Positions 12,876-25,823 of a stretch of DNA of 64,000 bases are shown one piece after another; positions within the stretch are counted from its first letter, which is position 1, and the number at the start of each line of letters is the position of its first letter. The stretch spans positions 7,936,001 through 8,000,000 of the forward strand of contig NC_086098.1 of NCBI RefSeq assembly GCF_963921235.1. The letters are read 5' to 3'. Both the position numbers and the translations under genes were made by a program. The notes under the pieces are model-generated. The model saw only the letters and a list, made by a program, of their open reading frames with translations, did not search any database and was not told the origin of the DNA. The DNA is from Mobula hypostoma. Its lineage: Eukaryota.

Positions 12876-14019
12876 CAATATCTATTGTTTATTTATTATT
12901 ATTATTATTATTATTTATTTTTGCATTTGCACAATTTGTTGTCTTCTGGATACTGGTTGAACATCCAAGTTGGTGTGGTCTTTGATATTGTTATGGTCAT
13001 TATTCTATTATGGATTTACTGAGTATGCTCATAGGAAAATGAATCTCAGGGTTGTATATGAAAGGAGATTAGTGCCAGGTAAGTGTAAGAGGATGCTCAA
13101 AGTCTGGCATAGATTCATTTGGCCAAAAGGCTTGTGAATTAAATTAGGGTTGAATGCACGAGACTTCCTGATTGAAACTGAATGTTTATCAAACATATAA
13201 GATTCTTCCGTTGTGTTTAGCTTCTAACTTTTATTCCTCTCTGCACCTTGTGGTGTACTGGGTGACAACCTTGCCACTTTAGCATTTGTCTCATTTTTAC
13301 GAGGTCAGACATGCTAGCCAGCACGAGCAGATTTCTAAATGGGACCACTTGCATCGAAGTCTGGCGCTGATGCCACTACACCACCAATCGGCCACTAACT
13401 CCTATGTCTAAGAGTAATTTTCACGAATTTCCTTTCATAGGAGAAAAATGGAGGAGCCTCTCTGCAGTTCCTGTGTACATCTGGAAGCAAGCTTAAGGGT
13501 GGCACCGGCTTCCTGGAAAAATAATTTTTATACCTGGCTTCTCACTCGTAGACTACATCACCTTGGAAGAGCAGATGATAAAAAGTAAATAAATTAGAAG
13601 TAAAATTCAGAATGGAGAACAAATAAATATAAACAAGGGTTAATAATTCGGTAATAATTAGCAATCCGAATAAGTACTGGATTGGGTCAGTGAGGGACCG
13701 CTGATAAATGGCACCGCTCATCGCATTAATGATGTGGTAAGGGAGCTATTAAGTCAAGTTAGAATCACTGTAAGCGCTACAAATTAATACTCTGGAGTAA
13801 TAAGCTCGTTCATTATGCAAAGAGATTGTAAAAAGAATCAAATCAATTATGTTGTGCTGATCATTACGGAGATATTGGAATAAATAGCACTGTTCCTGTA
13901 TTGACTCAATGTAAATATGTCACTGAGGAAAAGGTCTGTGTAATCGTTCATAAGAATCACCTCCACACAAACTATCTCCACAGATGCGCATCTGCTTACA
14001 GTCACACAGACAGACAGTA

Positions 14020-14650
14020 AGACCAGACGGCCATAAGACATAGGAGCAGAATTGGACCATTTGGTACATCGAGTCTGCTCCACCGTTTCGTCATGGCTGA
14101 TTTATTATCCTTCTCAACCCCATACTCTAGCCTTCCACCCATAACCTTTGATGCTCTTACTGATCAAGAACCTATCAATCTCTGCTTTAAAAATACCTAA
14201 TGACTTGGCTTCCACAACCTACTGTGGCACTGAATTCCACAGATTCACTACCCTCTGGCTAATAAAGTTTTTCCTCATTTCTGTTCTAAATCGGTAACCT
14301 TGTATTCTGAGGATGTGCCCTCTGGTCCGAGACTCCCCAGTCATAAGAAGCATCCTTTCCACATCCACTCTATCGAGCCCTTTTCAGATTTAATATGTTT
14401 CAATGAGATCCCCCCCCCCCATTATTCTAAACTTTAGCGTGTTCAGGCCCAAAGCCATCAAATGCTTCTCATATGTTAACACTTTCATTCCAGAAATCAT
14501 TCTTGTGAACCTCCTCGGCACCCTCTCCAATGCCAGCACATAATTTCTTAGATAAGGGGGCCAAATCTGCTCCTAACACTCCAAGTGTGATCTGACACTT
14601 ATAAAGCCTCAGCATTACATCCTTGCATCTGTGTTCAAGTCCTCTTGATT
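14020..14650 (-). mobile_element. CR1 LINE 3' end
   Basis: (ataagac)n tail and 3' UTR shared with the other CR1 copies; gaattccacagattcactaccctc motif. Confidence 0.8.
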
Positions 14651-15149
14651 TTCAGACCATACTGTTACTAATCGTCCTTTGTAAAACCTTTCTAACTAGA
14701 TTCAGTCCCCAAGCACTTAGCTCATAATCCTGAAAATTCTTCTTTTACATTTCGCCCTTGTGAGTTTATACTGAATCATTTCAAACAATCCACAGCACAC
14801 TGCAACAGATTGCTACCTAAAATATTCTTCTAATCTCCCCTTGGTTTTAATGCCAATTATCTGGCATTTGTGTCCTCTTATCAAACCTTCTGCTAGTTAA
14901 AATAGTTCATTCTCATTTATTCCACCACAAGCATTCATGACTTTCCAACAGCTCTAGCTGATTCACCTTAATCTTCTGTGCTCTAAGGAGAACCATCACA
15001 TTTTGCTGGAATATTGCAGATAAATCTTGCTTGTTCTCCTCTAAACTCTCTCCTAAAGGTCTGTGCAAACTCCAGCACTGATATAAAAGGAAGTATAGTT
15101 TGCAATGGGATTTTCTACAGTTGTTCATACAGTCACAAAGACACCACTC

Positions 15150-15690
15150 TCTGACTGGAAGACTAGCAGCTCAAATTCCGTCTGTGTAACCTCCAGCTTG
15201 ATGTCATGAACATTGATTTATCACTCTTTTGATGATCTCCCCCTCCAGATTCTCTCTTTCCCATTCTATATTCTAGCTCCCCTCTTATCCCTTCCCTTCT
15301 CCTCAGCTGCTCATCACCTTCCTCTGGTGCCCCACCTCCTTTCCTATCTCCCATGATCAACTCTCCTCTCCTATCAGATTCCTTCTTCAGCCCTTTAACT
15401 TTTCCACCTATCACCTTTCTGCTTCTCAGTTCATCCTACCTTCCCACTCACCTGGTCTCGCCTTCCCACTCATCTGGTCTCACCTTCCCACTCACCTGGT
15501 CTCACCTACCACTCACCTGGTCTCACCTACCGCCCACCAGCCTATACCCCCCACCTTCCCCACCTTCCTATTTGGGCTTCTTCCCCTTTCCTTTCCAGTC
15601 CTAGTGAAGAGTCTCAGACTGTGACTGTTTATTCATTTCCACAGATGCTGCCTGACCTGCTGAGATTCTGCATCATTTTGTGCGTGTTGT
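15150..15690 (+). mobile_element. Penelope-like 3'/pLTR fragment
   Basis: ctccagcttgatgtcatgaacattgatt (resembles a PLE ORF C-terminus), long CT-rich tract, decayed hammerhead at ~15597-15627, gatgctgcctgacctgctgag tail. Confidence 0.6.
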
Positions 15691-16002
15691 TCTTTCTTTG
15701 TATTTACCCATTTCTTTGTGAAGTTAAAGGTTCTGTTCCTATAAACAGCCATATCAACGTGATTTGCTGTCTTTAAAGGTGTGTGAATGTTAACCCATAA
15801 GACACTGTACTCTTTTCTCTAACTGAAGTAATTCTGTGTCGTAAATAGTCATGCCCCGTTTACCCAAACTTTAAAGGAGGCATAAGGCCCAACATCAACA
15901 TCAGACAGATCTGCTCTATAATCGTTTGTTATGTGCTGATCGGGGCTGAGAGGAAAATTGGATCAGTCATGATGCAATGGTGGAGCAGATTTGATGGGCC
16001 AA

Positions 16003-16440
16003 ATAGTCATAGTCATACTTTATTGATCCCGGGGGATATTGGTTTTCGTTACAGTTGCATCATTAATAATTAAATAGTAATAAAACCATAAATAGTTAAA
16101 TAGTAATATGTAAATTATGCCAGGAAATAAGTCCAGGACCAGCCTATTGGTGCAGGGTGTCTGACCCTCCAAAGAAGGAGTTGTAAAGTTTGATGGCCAC
16201 AGGCAGGAATGACTTCCTATGACGCTCAGTGTTGCATCTCGGTGGAATGAATCTCTGGCTGAATGTACACCTGTGCCCAACCAGTACATTATGTAGTGGA
16301 TGGGAGACATTGTCCAAGATGGCATGCAACTTGGACAGTATTCCCTTTTCAGACATCACAGTCAGAGAGTCCAGATCCATCCCCACAACATCACTGGCCT
16401 TACGAATGAGTTTGTTGATTCTGTTGGTGTGTGCTACCTA
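16003..16440 (-). mobile_element. Rex-Babar/L2-like LINE 3' end
   Basis: ILDNVSHPLHNVL..RFIPPRCNTERHRKSFLPVAIKLYN; (atagtc)n tail at 16003. Confidence 0.8.
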
Positions 16441-16469
16441 TACTGCTCCTATCTCTTTTGGTTTTATGG

Positions 16470-16820
16470 AATCGTATAACGTGGGTGTTCATGGTCTTTC
16501 CATGACCACAATTGCTCTTGGAAAATTTTTCTGCAGAAGTGGTTTGCCATTGCCTTCTTCTGGGCAGTGTCTTTACAAGACAGATGACCCCAGCCATTAG
16601 CAATACTCTTCAGAGGTTGTCTGCCTGGCGTCAGTGGTCACATAACTTGTGACATGCACCAACTGCTCATACAACCATCCACCACCTACTCTCATGGCTT
16701 CACGGGACCCTGATGGGGGTCAGGTGCTACACCTTACCCAAGGGTGACATATAGGTTAGTGGAAGGAAGAAGCACCTTACATCTCCTTTGGTAGAGACGT
16801 ATCTCCACTCTGTCACCCAG
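16470..16820 (-). mobile_element. RTE-related non-autonomous SINE-like element (family A, copy 1)
   Basis: Reverse complement of 21750-22058 and 36195-36540; carries gaaggcaatggcaaaccacttctg, similar to the RTE/BovB 5' UTR segment. Confidence 0.7.
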
Positions 16821-16839
16821 CTCTACAATATTCATAAGT

Positions 16840-17420
16840 CCATAAAATCATAAGACAAAGGAGCAGATATAGACCATCCAGACCATTGAATCCACTCCAC
16901 CATTTCATCATGGTTGATCTGGGATCCCATTCAACCCCATACCACCATATCCTTTGATGCCCCAAACAATCAGGAATCTATCCTGTTTTGAATATACCCA
17001 CGGGCTTGGTCACCACCACAGTCTGTGACAGAGCATTCCACAGATTCACCACTCTTTGGCTAAAAAATTCCTCCTTCTTTCCTTTCTTAAAGGTCGCCCC
17101 TTAATTTTGAGGCTATGCCTTCTAGTTCTGGATGCTCCCACCAGAGGAAATATCCTCTCCACGTGCATCCTATTTAGTCCATTCAACATTTGGTAAGTTT
17201 TATTGAGATCCCCCCGTATTATTTTAAATTCCAGTGAGGTCAGGGCCAAAGTTGCCAAACACACCTCAGATGTTAAACCCTTCATTCCCAGAATCACACT
17301 CATGAATCTCCTCTGGGTTCTTTTCATGACAACACATTCCTACAGAGATATGGGGCCCAAAACTGTTGACAATACTCCAAGTGTGGCCTGACTGGTGTCT
17401 TATAAAGGCTCAGCATTATC
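16840..17420 (-). mobile_element. CR1 LINE 3' end
   Basis: ORF 17046-17327 QRRF..SLEFKIIRGDL..SRTRRHSLKIKGRP. Confidence 0.85.
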
Positions 17421-17421
17421 T

Positions 17422-18505
17422 CAGAATCAGGTTGATTATCACCGGCACGTGACATGAAATTTGTTAACTTAGCAGCAGCAGTTCAATGCAATACATAAGC
17501 TAGAAGAGAAAGAATAAATCAATCAATCAATCAATCAATTACAGAATATGCATATTGAATAGATTAAAACATGTGCAAAAATCAGAAATACTGTGTATTA
17601 CAAAAGTGAGTTAGTGTCCAAGGGTTCAATATCCATTTAGGAATTGGATGGTAGAGGGGAAGAAGTTGTTCCTGGATCACTGAATGTGTGTCTTCAGGAT
17701 TCTGTACCTCCTACCTGATGGTAACAGTGAGAAAAGGGCATGCCCTGGGTGCTGGAGGTCCTTAATAATGGATGCTGCCTTTCTGAGACACCGCTCCCTG
17801 AAGATGTCCTGTGTACTTTGTAGGCTAGCATACAAGATGGAGCTGACTAGATTTACAACCCTCTGCAGCTTCTTTCGGTCCTGTGCTGTAGCCCCTTCAT
17901 ACCAGACAGTGATGCAGCCTGTCAGAATGCTCTCCATGGTACATCTAGAGAAGCTTTTGAGTGTATTTGTTGACCATGCCAAATCTCCTCAAACTCCTAA
18001 TGAAGTATAGCCGCTGTCTTGCCTTCTTTATAACTATACCTATATGTTGGGCCAGGTTAGATGCTCAGAGATCTTGACACCCATGAACTTGAAACTGCTC
18101 ACTCTCTCCACTTTTGATCCCTCTGTGAGGATTGGTATGTGTTCCTTGGTCTTACTGATGCTGAGTGCCAGGTTGTTGCTGTGGCACCACTCTACTAGTT
18201 GGCTTATCTCACTCCAGTACACCCTCTCATCACCACCTGAGATTCTACCAACAATGGTTGTATCATCAGCAAATTTATAGTTGATATTTGAGCTGTGCCT
18301 AACCACACAGTCATCTGTATATAGAGAGTAGAGCAGTGGGCTAAGCACACACCCCTGAGGTGCGCCAGTGTTGATCGTCAGTGAGGAGAATATGTTATCA
18401 CCAATCCACACAAATAGTGGTTGTCCAGTTAGGAAGTGCGGAGGAAAGTACAGAGGCCCAGGTTCTGGAACTCCTCAATCAGGATTGTGTGAATGATGGT
18501 ATTAA
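17422..18505 (-). mobile_element. Rex-Babar-like LINE RT and 3' end
   Basis: NTGAPQGCVLSPLLYSLYT, KFADDTTIVG, ESILTGCITVWY, HPGHALFSLLPSGRRY. Confidence 0.9.
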
Positions 18506-19075
18506 ATAGATAGATAGATAAAAATACTTCATTGATCCTGAGGGAAATTGGGTTTCGTTACAGCCGCACCAACCAAGAATAGAGCATAAATATAGCAATA
18601 CAAAAACCACAAACAATCAAACAACAATATGCAAACTATGCCAGATGGAAGTAAGTCCAGGACCAGCCTATTGGCTCAGGGTGTCTGACCCTCCACAGGA
18701 GGAGCTGCAAAGTTCAATGGCCACAGGCAGGAACAACCTCCCGTGACGCCCAGTGTTGTATCTCGGTGGAATATGGCCAGAGTCCAACAACAAAAAGTTT
18801 AATATCCAGGCTACAAACACGTTCCTCGATCGTAATATGACCAGGATTGCACCATCTGTTGTTAACCAGAACAGCAAGCCCCCAACTCCTTCACGCTTAC
18901 CGCTCTCAGTGCACTTCTGGTTAGTCCGAATGGTCTGGAAGCCCTCCATGAAAACGTTTTGGTTGGGTATGTCCTCGTGCAGCCATGTTTCCGTAAAACA
19001 CATCACACTGCTCTCCTGAAATGTTCTCTGCCTCCTGGCTAGCGCCGTCAACTCGTCCATTTTATTACCCAATGA
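18505..19075 (-). mobile_element. Internally deleted Rex-Babar/L2-like element (endonuclease N-terminus fused to 3' end), copy A
   Basis: NKMDEL..VMCFTETWL (APE) joined at ~18770 directly to [20 protein letters not shown]; (taga)n tail at 18506. Confidence 0.8.
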
Positions 19076-19547
19076 ACTGAAAGGAAAGAAGAGTGGCTCA
19101 TGGGAGAAAGGGGAAGCAGAGGGCACTAGGGGGAGGTGATAGGCTCCTAAGGAGAGGAGAAGAGGAGAGGTAAGGTGAGAAGGGATCCAGAGTAGGGGAT
19201 GGAATAAGGAATGAGAAGGGGAAGGAAGGGAACCAGAATGGAGGATGGAAAAAGAGAGAAGGGGCAGGGGATTACTCTGAAAACTTTGATTTACACTTTT
19301 CCCATCTTTGTGATCTTACTGCAGTGGAAAGTAATTTAAAATTAACCAAAGGAATGGACTTATTTAATTTCAGTAACAACTTGAAGTAATTTTAATCTGT
19401 CAAGACATACAGTATGTGGTCACTTTATTAGGTACATTTGCTTGTTACCGCAAATATTTAATCAGCAACTCAATGCATAAAAGCACGCAGACATGGTCAA
19501 GAGGTTTATTTGTTGTTCAGACCAATTATCAGAATGGGGAAGAAATG

Positions 19548-19830
19548 TAATGGTATGCTGGCATTCATAGCAAGAGGATTCGAGTACAGGAGCAGGGAGG
19601 TACTACTGCAGTTGTACAAGGCTTGGTGAGACCACACCTGGAGTATTGTGTGCAGTTTTGGTCCCCCAATCTGAGGAAAGACATCCTTGCCATAGAGGGA
19701 GTACAAAGAAGGTTCACCAGATTGATTCCTGGGATGACAGGACTTTCATATGATGAAAGATTGGATCGACTAGGCTTATACTCGTTGGAATTTAGAAGAT
19801 TGATGGGCGATCTTATTGAAACATATAAAA
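19548..19830 (+). mobile_element. CR1 LINE fragment
   Basis: [36 protein letters not shown]. Confidence 0.85.
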
Positions 19831-19871
19831 ATCTGCTATGGACCATCTGGACGTCCAAGATGCTCTCGTTC

Positions 19872-20340
19872 TGGTCTCCACAGGAGGAGCTGCAAAGTTC
19901 GATGGCCACAGGCAGGAACAACCTCCCATGACACCCAGTGTTGTATCTCGGTGGAATATGGCCGGAGTCCAACAGCAAAAAGTTCAATATCCGGTCTACA
20001 AACACGTTCCTCGATCGTAATATGACCCAGATTGCACCAACTGTTGTTAGCCAGAATAGAAAGCCCCCAACTCCTTTACGCCTACCGCTCTCAGTGCACT
20101 TCCGGTCAGCCCGAACGGTCTGGAAGCCGTCCATGGAAAAGTTTTGATCGGGCATGTCCTCGTGCAGCCCCAGTAAAACACATAACACTGCACTCCAGAA
20201 ATGTTCTCTGACGCCTGGCTAGCACAGTGAGCTCGTCCATTTTATTACCCACCGAACTCCTCTTCTCCATAAGTCTCTGTTGTCTCGACCCGATCCTCTT
20301 TCCTCGCCTTTGTGATCCCCCTCTGCATCCTCTGTGTGTG
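19872..20340 (-). mobile_element. Internally deleted Rex-Babar/L2-like element, copy B
   Basis: Closely similar to 18690-19075, with the same fusion junction ggtggaatatggcc at ~19955. Confidence 0.8.
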
Positions 20341-20540
20341 TTTGCTGAGCTATAGTTGATGAACAACATCCAGACGTTGATGTTTGTTGTGTCGAGGTGG
20401 TCTAAAGTCGTGTGGAGAGCCATTGAGATTGCATCTGGTGTTGACCTATTGTGCCGATAGGCAAACTGCAATGGGTCCAGGTCCTTGCTGAGGCAGGAGT
20501 TCAGTCTAGTCATGACCAACCTCTCAAAACATTTCAAAAT
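20340..20540 (-). mobile_element. Rex-Babar-like RT fragment
   Basis: LKCFERLV..LDPLQFAYRHNRSTPDAI. Confidence 0.8.
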
Positions 20541-20641
20541 TGGAGATTCTAAATTGGAGTAAGGCCAATTTTGATGGTAACAGAAATAATCTGGCAAGTG
20601 TGGATCAGACCGGCTGTTTTCTGGCAAAGGTGTACTTGGTA

Positions 20642-21066
20642 AGTCGTCGTCGTCGTGGCTATCCTTCAAGGTCGAGGATGAAGGTCTTCATGCTGAAGAA
20701 GTGTCCCACAGAGTGAAGATGCCTATGCATGTATTTCTTTAACGTGTACTTGATGTTGCACTCCAAGAAGCACACAATACTTCACAAATCAACCAACTGA
20801 TTCCAATGGCATGGAAACCACGACGATTGGAGCTGATGGATTTGTTGCAGCCTTCATCCACCTTCACAGCTGTTGAGTTCGAAGTAACTTCATCCGCCTG
20901 TTCCACCGTTGAGGTCTTGTTTGGATTGTTCTTTGTCAGGGACCTCACCCTCAACCTTACCGCCATGAGTAACCCTACCAGGAGCGTAGCTCCAGATGGC
21001 ATCGCTCTCGGGATCACAGGACCACACAAGCCTCTCCACCATGACAAGGTGACAATCCATGGAGAA
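20642..21066 (-). mobile_element. Bipartite non-autonomous RTE derivative (5' UTR + 3' tail)
   Basis: Reverse complement starts caccttgtcatggtggagaggcttg...ggtagggttactcatggcgg (RTE/BovB-like 5' UTR) and ends in (gac)n. Confidence 0.65.
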
Positions 21067-21149
21067 GTGGGAGGCCTTCACATGAAATTTTGGGAATATA
21101 GAATTTGTATGTTCCTGTCAGGCAAGAATAACAGGTTTAGGGAACCTAC

Positions 21150-21640
21150 CATAATAGGTAGTAACAAATAAGGTGCTTATGGAGTATAAGAAATGCAAGA
21201 GGACACTTAAGAATGAAATCAGGAGGACTAAAAGAAGGCATGAAGTTACTCTAGCAGACAATGTGAAGAAGAATCCTAAGTTACACTACAGATATGTTAA
21301 GAGCAAAAAGATTGCAAGGGAGAAAATTCCTCCTTTGGAAGACCAGAATGGTAATCCGTATGTGGACCCAAAACAGATGACGTGACCTTAAATAATTTTT
21401 TGCATCTGTATTTACTTAATCAGTCCATGTATATCCAAATACTTATGTACCCATCCCTTAGAATAACTTCCAATAACTTTCCCATAGCTGATGTCAGACT
21501 TACTGGCCTACAATTTCCTGGTATTTGTTCAGAGCCTTTTTGAAACAGCCGAACAACATTAGCTATCCTCCAATCCTCTGGTACCTTTCCTGTTGCTAAG
21601 GATGATTTAAATATCTCTGCAAGGGCCCCAGCAATTTGCC
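21150..21640. mobile_element. Two abutting CR1 ORF2 fragments in opposite orientations
   Basis: + strand EYKKCKRTLKNEIRRTKRRHE..VKKNPK (to ~21420); - strand ..RLANVVRLFQ..PGNCRPVSLTS (21420-21640). Confidence 0.65.
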
Positions 21641-21749
21641 TCCCTTAATATTCTTGATGGTGGGAGTATGTGTTCATGATGTATCAGGCAAAATCTCTAC
21701 AATCTTGTACATTCCCGTGCATTCAAATTGCTTTAGCTGTCCATGGTGC

Positions 21750-22058
21750 TCAGTGACGGGGCGGAGATACGTCTCTACCAAAGGAGATTTAAGGTGCTCC
21801 TCACCTCCACTAGCCCACTGGTCACCCTTGGGCAAGGTGTAGCACCTGCTTAGTCCCCAATCAGGGTCACATGAATCTTTGGGAGCAGGTGGTGGATGGT
21901 CGTATGAGCAGCTGATGCATATCACAAGAACTGGTTATGTGACCACTGACACCAGGCAGACAAACTCTGAAGAGTATTGATAATGGCTGGGGTCACCTGT
22001 CTTGTAAAAACAGTGTACTGAAGAAGGCAATGGCAAACTACTTCTGCAGAAAAATTTC
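21750..22058 (+). mobile_element. RTE-related SINE-like element (family A, copy 2), cut off by the minisatellite
   Basis: Colinear with 36195-36480. Confidence 0.7.
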
Positions 22059-22509
22059 TGTCAGGTAAATGTCCATATCTGGACATTTCTCACAGTGTCA
22101 GGTAAATGTCCATACCTGGACATTTCTCACTGTGTCAGGTAAATGTCCGTACCTAGACATTTCTCACAGCATCAGGTAAATGTCCATACCTGGGCATTGC
22201 TTACAGTGTCAGGTAAATGTCCATAACTGGACATTTCTCACAGTGTCAGGTAAATGTCCGTACCTGGACATTGCTCACTGTGTCAGGTAAATGTCCTTAC
22301 CTGGATATTTCTCACATTGTCAGATAAATGACCGTACCTGGACATTGCTCACAGTGTCAGGTAAATGTCCGTACCTGGACATTTCTCACAGTGTCAGGTA
22401 AATGTCCGTATCTGGATATTTCTCACAGTGTCAGGTAAATGACCGCACCTGGACATTTCTCACAGTGTCAGGTAACTGACCGTACCTGGACATTTCTCAC
22501 TGTGTCAGA
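22059..22509. repeat. Minisatellite, 37-bp unit x12
   Basis: Unit tgtcaggtaaatgtccatacctggacatttctcacag, starts at 22059, 22096 and onward. Confidence 0.97.
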
Positions 22510-23544
22510 TTAAGTACCACTGTTGTTACCGACCAGAGAAATTTCTGGACAGAATTTAGGACCACAGATCTTCAGTACAACAATTTTCAAAGGTTCAAAC
22601 ACTTGGAGCATGCATGTTAAACTGTGATCACAACACCGTGGAGCTCTGAACCTAACCCTTTCCAACGAGTGTTGGATTGATACAGAGTTGTTATTTTTCT
22701 AGTAGTTTAACTTTCCTATACCTGCTTGTATTTTTATATAATCACTGAGATACATATAACGATTCAGTGAATTTTCCAATAAATATGGTGCAGTGGCTTC
22801 TGTATTTATTTAGAAGCTTCACTGCACTTGAATCTGGCTATTTGGTAGGTTATAAGAAAGGTGTTATAATAAAGTATTAATTCTCTTAAAGAGATGAATT
22901 TCGTATCCAATGATTATTAAAGTTCAAAGTGGAATAATAATTTAAAAATAGTCTAGATATGTCATATTAGTATAATCTAATATGACAATTTGAAAAGAAT
23001 GTCTTCATGTCTGGAAAAGAATATGGTTCATGAACTGAATAGCTTCAGATTTTCAAAGTGGAGAACTTCTGTCCACAGACAAGGCACATTCCCCTGAGCT
23101 GAAAAAGAAGGGCATTGGAAACTCGATGAGTAAAGATATTGAGGTTAAAATGAGACAGAAAAGGATCCTTATGACAAATGTAAGGTTCCTAATACATTAG
23201 AGAACCAAGCTGAATTTAGAAAGCGTAAGGAAGATCTGAAAAGGGAAATAAGAGGCCCAAGGAGAGAATATGTGAACAGGATCTGCTGATAGCTCAGAAG
23301 CTTTCTCTAATAAATACATCAAAAGTGAATTTATAGATCAAGGGAGAACCACAGTGATAGTTGAGGGCGTGGCTGAGATCATGTGAGTATCTTGCAGCTA
23401 TCTTCACTCTGTCATAGAGTAACAGGGAAGGCATTAGCAGCTCATAGCTGCATTCTTCTCCATTGGCTTTAAATTCTCCTCCTCCAATCATCTGAGACAA
23501 AACTAATTAGCATTGGAAAAAGTTTTAGACACATACAGTATCGC

Positions 23545-23870
23545 AAGGCTGCCTGAGATTTTTACACAGTACTGTAGTTATTTTCTGTATTGCACTGTAC
23601 TGCTGCTGCAAATAAACACATTTCATGACCAATGTGAGTGATGATAAACTTGATTCTGATTTGGGTCTCTGTTGTGGACTGAGAGTCAGAAGGGGACAGG
23701 GAGAGGGGAATCATGGTTGGGAAAAGGGGAAGGGAGAGATGAGGGAGTGGGAAGCACCAGAGAGACATTCTGTGATGATCAATATACCGGTTGTTTGGAA
23801 TCAGATGACCTTGCCTGGTGTCTGAGGGCTAGATATGTCAGCACCAGTACCATCCCCCATCCTGGCACTC
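23545..23870 (-). repeat. Interspersed repeat, reverse complement of 48440-48725
   Basis: Shared cagtactgtag..tgcactgtactgct..gattctg..gggtctct..gggaagcaccagagagacattctgt blocks. Confidence 0.7.
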
Positions 23871-23974
23871 CTTGATATTTTATCCTTGACATTTTTATTG
23901 ATATTGATTCTGGCAAGGGCATTCATATTGGTATTGGTATTGATATTGATATTGGTATTTATAGTGGATTTTTT

Positions 23975-24646
23975 TAGATTATGAGAACACTCAGTCCTCT
24001 TTTATTGTCATTTAGAAATGCATACATGCATTAAGAAATGATACAATGTTTCCCCGGTGTGATATCACAGAAAACAAGACAGACCAAAGACTAACACTGA
24101 CAAAACCACATAATTATAACATATAGTTACAGCAGTGCAAAGCAATACCATAATTTGATGAAGAACAGACCATGGGCACAGTAAAAAAAAAGTCTCAAAG
24201 TCCCGAGTCGATCGACTTCCGAGTCCCCGATAGTGGCGGCAAAAGGGAGAAACTCCCTGCCATAAACCTCCAGACACCGTCAACTTGCCGATACCTTGGA
24301 AGCAGCCGACCCCAGCCGACACTGAGTCCATCCGTCCGAAAACTCAGAGCTTCCGACCAGCCTCCCGAGCGCCATCCTCTGCCGAGCGCCTTCAACCTCT
24401 CCCCGGCCGCTGAAACACGCAAAGCCGAGGATTTCGGGGCCTTCAGCTCCGGAGATTCCGGTTACCACACAGTAGCAGCGGCAGCAAAGCAGGCATTTGA
24501 GAAGTTTTCCAGATGTTCCGCTGTGCTCTCACGTCTGTCTCCATCAAATCAGAATTGTGCACGGTCCCCTACTTGACAGATTACAGATATTCATCACTGA
24601 AGCAGCCGCGCGCGCTGTTGTCGCGCCGCCATCTTCTCCCCCCTCC
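23975..24646 (-). mobile_element. Non-autonomous ~650-bp retroposon family B, copy 1 (full length)
   Basis: Reverse complement head ggagaagatggcggcg; 3' gacaataaa, gaggac..gttctc hairpin and taatc tail; sits inside a (tattgR)n microsatellite. Confidence 0.85.
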
Positions 24647-24693
24647 TGGGAATTGATATTGATATTGGTATTGGTATTGGAATTGATATTGTT

Positions 24694-25823
24694 GTAGACA
24701 ATAGACAATAGGAGCAGGAGTAGGCCATTCAGCCCTTCGAGCCAGCACCGCCATTCACTGTGATCATGGCTGATCATCCACAATCAGTACCCCATTCCTG
24801 CCTTATCCCCATATCCCTTGACTCCGCATCATTAAGAGATCTATCTAACTCCTTCTTGAAAGCATCCAGAGAATTGGCCTCCACTGCCTTCTGAGGTAGA
24901 GCATTCCACAGATCCACAACTCTCTGGGTGAAAAAGTTTTTCCTCAACTCTGTTCTAAATGGCCTACCCCTTATTCTCAAATTGTGGCCTCTGGTTCTGG
25001 ACTCAGCCATCAGCGGGAACATGCTTCCTGTCTCCAGCGTGTCCAATCCCTTAATAATCTGATATGTTTCAATCAGATCCCCTCTCATCCTTCTAAATTC
25101 CAGAGTGTACAAGCCTAGTCGCTCCAATCTTTCAACATATGACAGCCCCGCCATCCCGGGAATTAACCTCATGAAACCTCCACTGCACTCCCTCAATAGC
25201 AAGAATGTCCTTCCTCAAATTTGGAGACCAAAACTGCACACAGTACCCCAGGTGTGGTCTCACCAGGGCCCTGTACAACTGCAGAAGGACCTCTTTGCTC
25301 CTATACTCAACTCCCCTTTTTATGAAGGCCAACATGCCATTAGCTTTCTTCACTGCCTGCTGTATCTGCATGCTTACTTTCAGTGACTGATGAACAAGGA
25401 CACCAAGGTCTTGTTGTACTTCCCCTTTTCCTAACTTGACACCATTCAAATAGCAATCTGCCTTCCTGTTCTTGTTACCAAAGTGGATAACCTCACATTT
25501 ATCCATATTAAACTGCATCTGCCATGCATCTGCCCACTCACCCAACCTGTCCTGCATTATCTCAACATCCTCCACACATTTCACACTGCCACCCAGCTTT
25601 GTGTCACCTACAAAATTGCTAATGTTACTTTTAATTCCCTCATCTAAATCATTTATATTGTAAACAGCTGCGGTCCCAGCACTGAGCCTTGCGGTACCCC
25701 ACTAGTCACCACCTGCCGTTCTGAAAAGGACCCGTTAATCCCTACTCTTTGTTTCCTGTCTGCCAATCAATTTTCTATCCATGTCAGTACCCTACCCCCA
25801 ATACCATGGGCTCTAATTTTGCC
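24694..25823 (-). mobile_element. CR1 LINE, 5'-truncated
   Basis: [35 protein letters not shown]; (tagacaa)n tail. Confidence 0.92.

Noticed and set aside
13534..13561. - strand micro-exon (ttccaag|...CAG|gtataa)
   Set aside because: Stop codons in all three frames.
22059..22509. CRISPR array (37-bp palindromic repeats)
   Set aside because: Units are directly adjacent with no unique spacers, there are no cas genes and the context is vertebrate.
24065..24576. Recurrent ORFs in family B copies as a small protein gene
   Set aside because: Frames, starts and lengths differ among the four copies; similarity reflects shared DNA only.
23920..24695. (tattgR)n hexamer tracts as telomere-like repeats
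   Set aside because: Not TTAGGG; a simple microsatellite split by family B copy 1.
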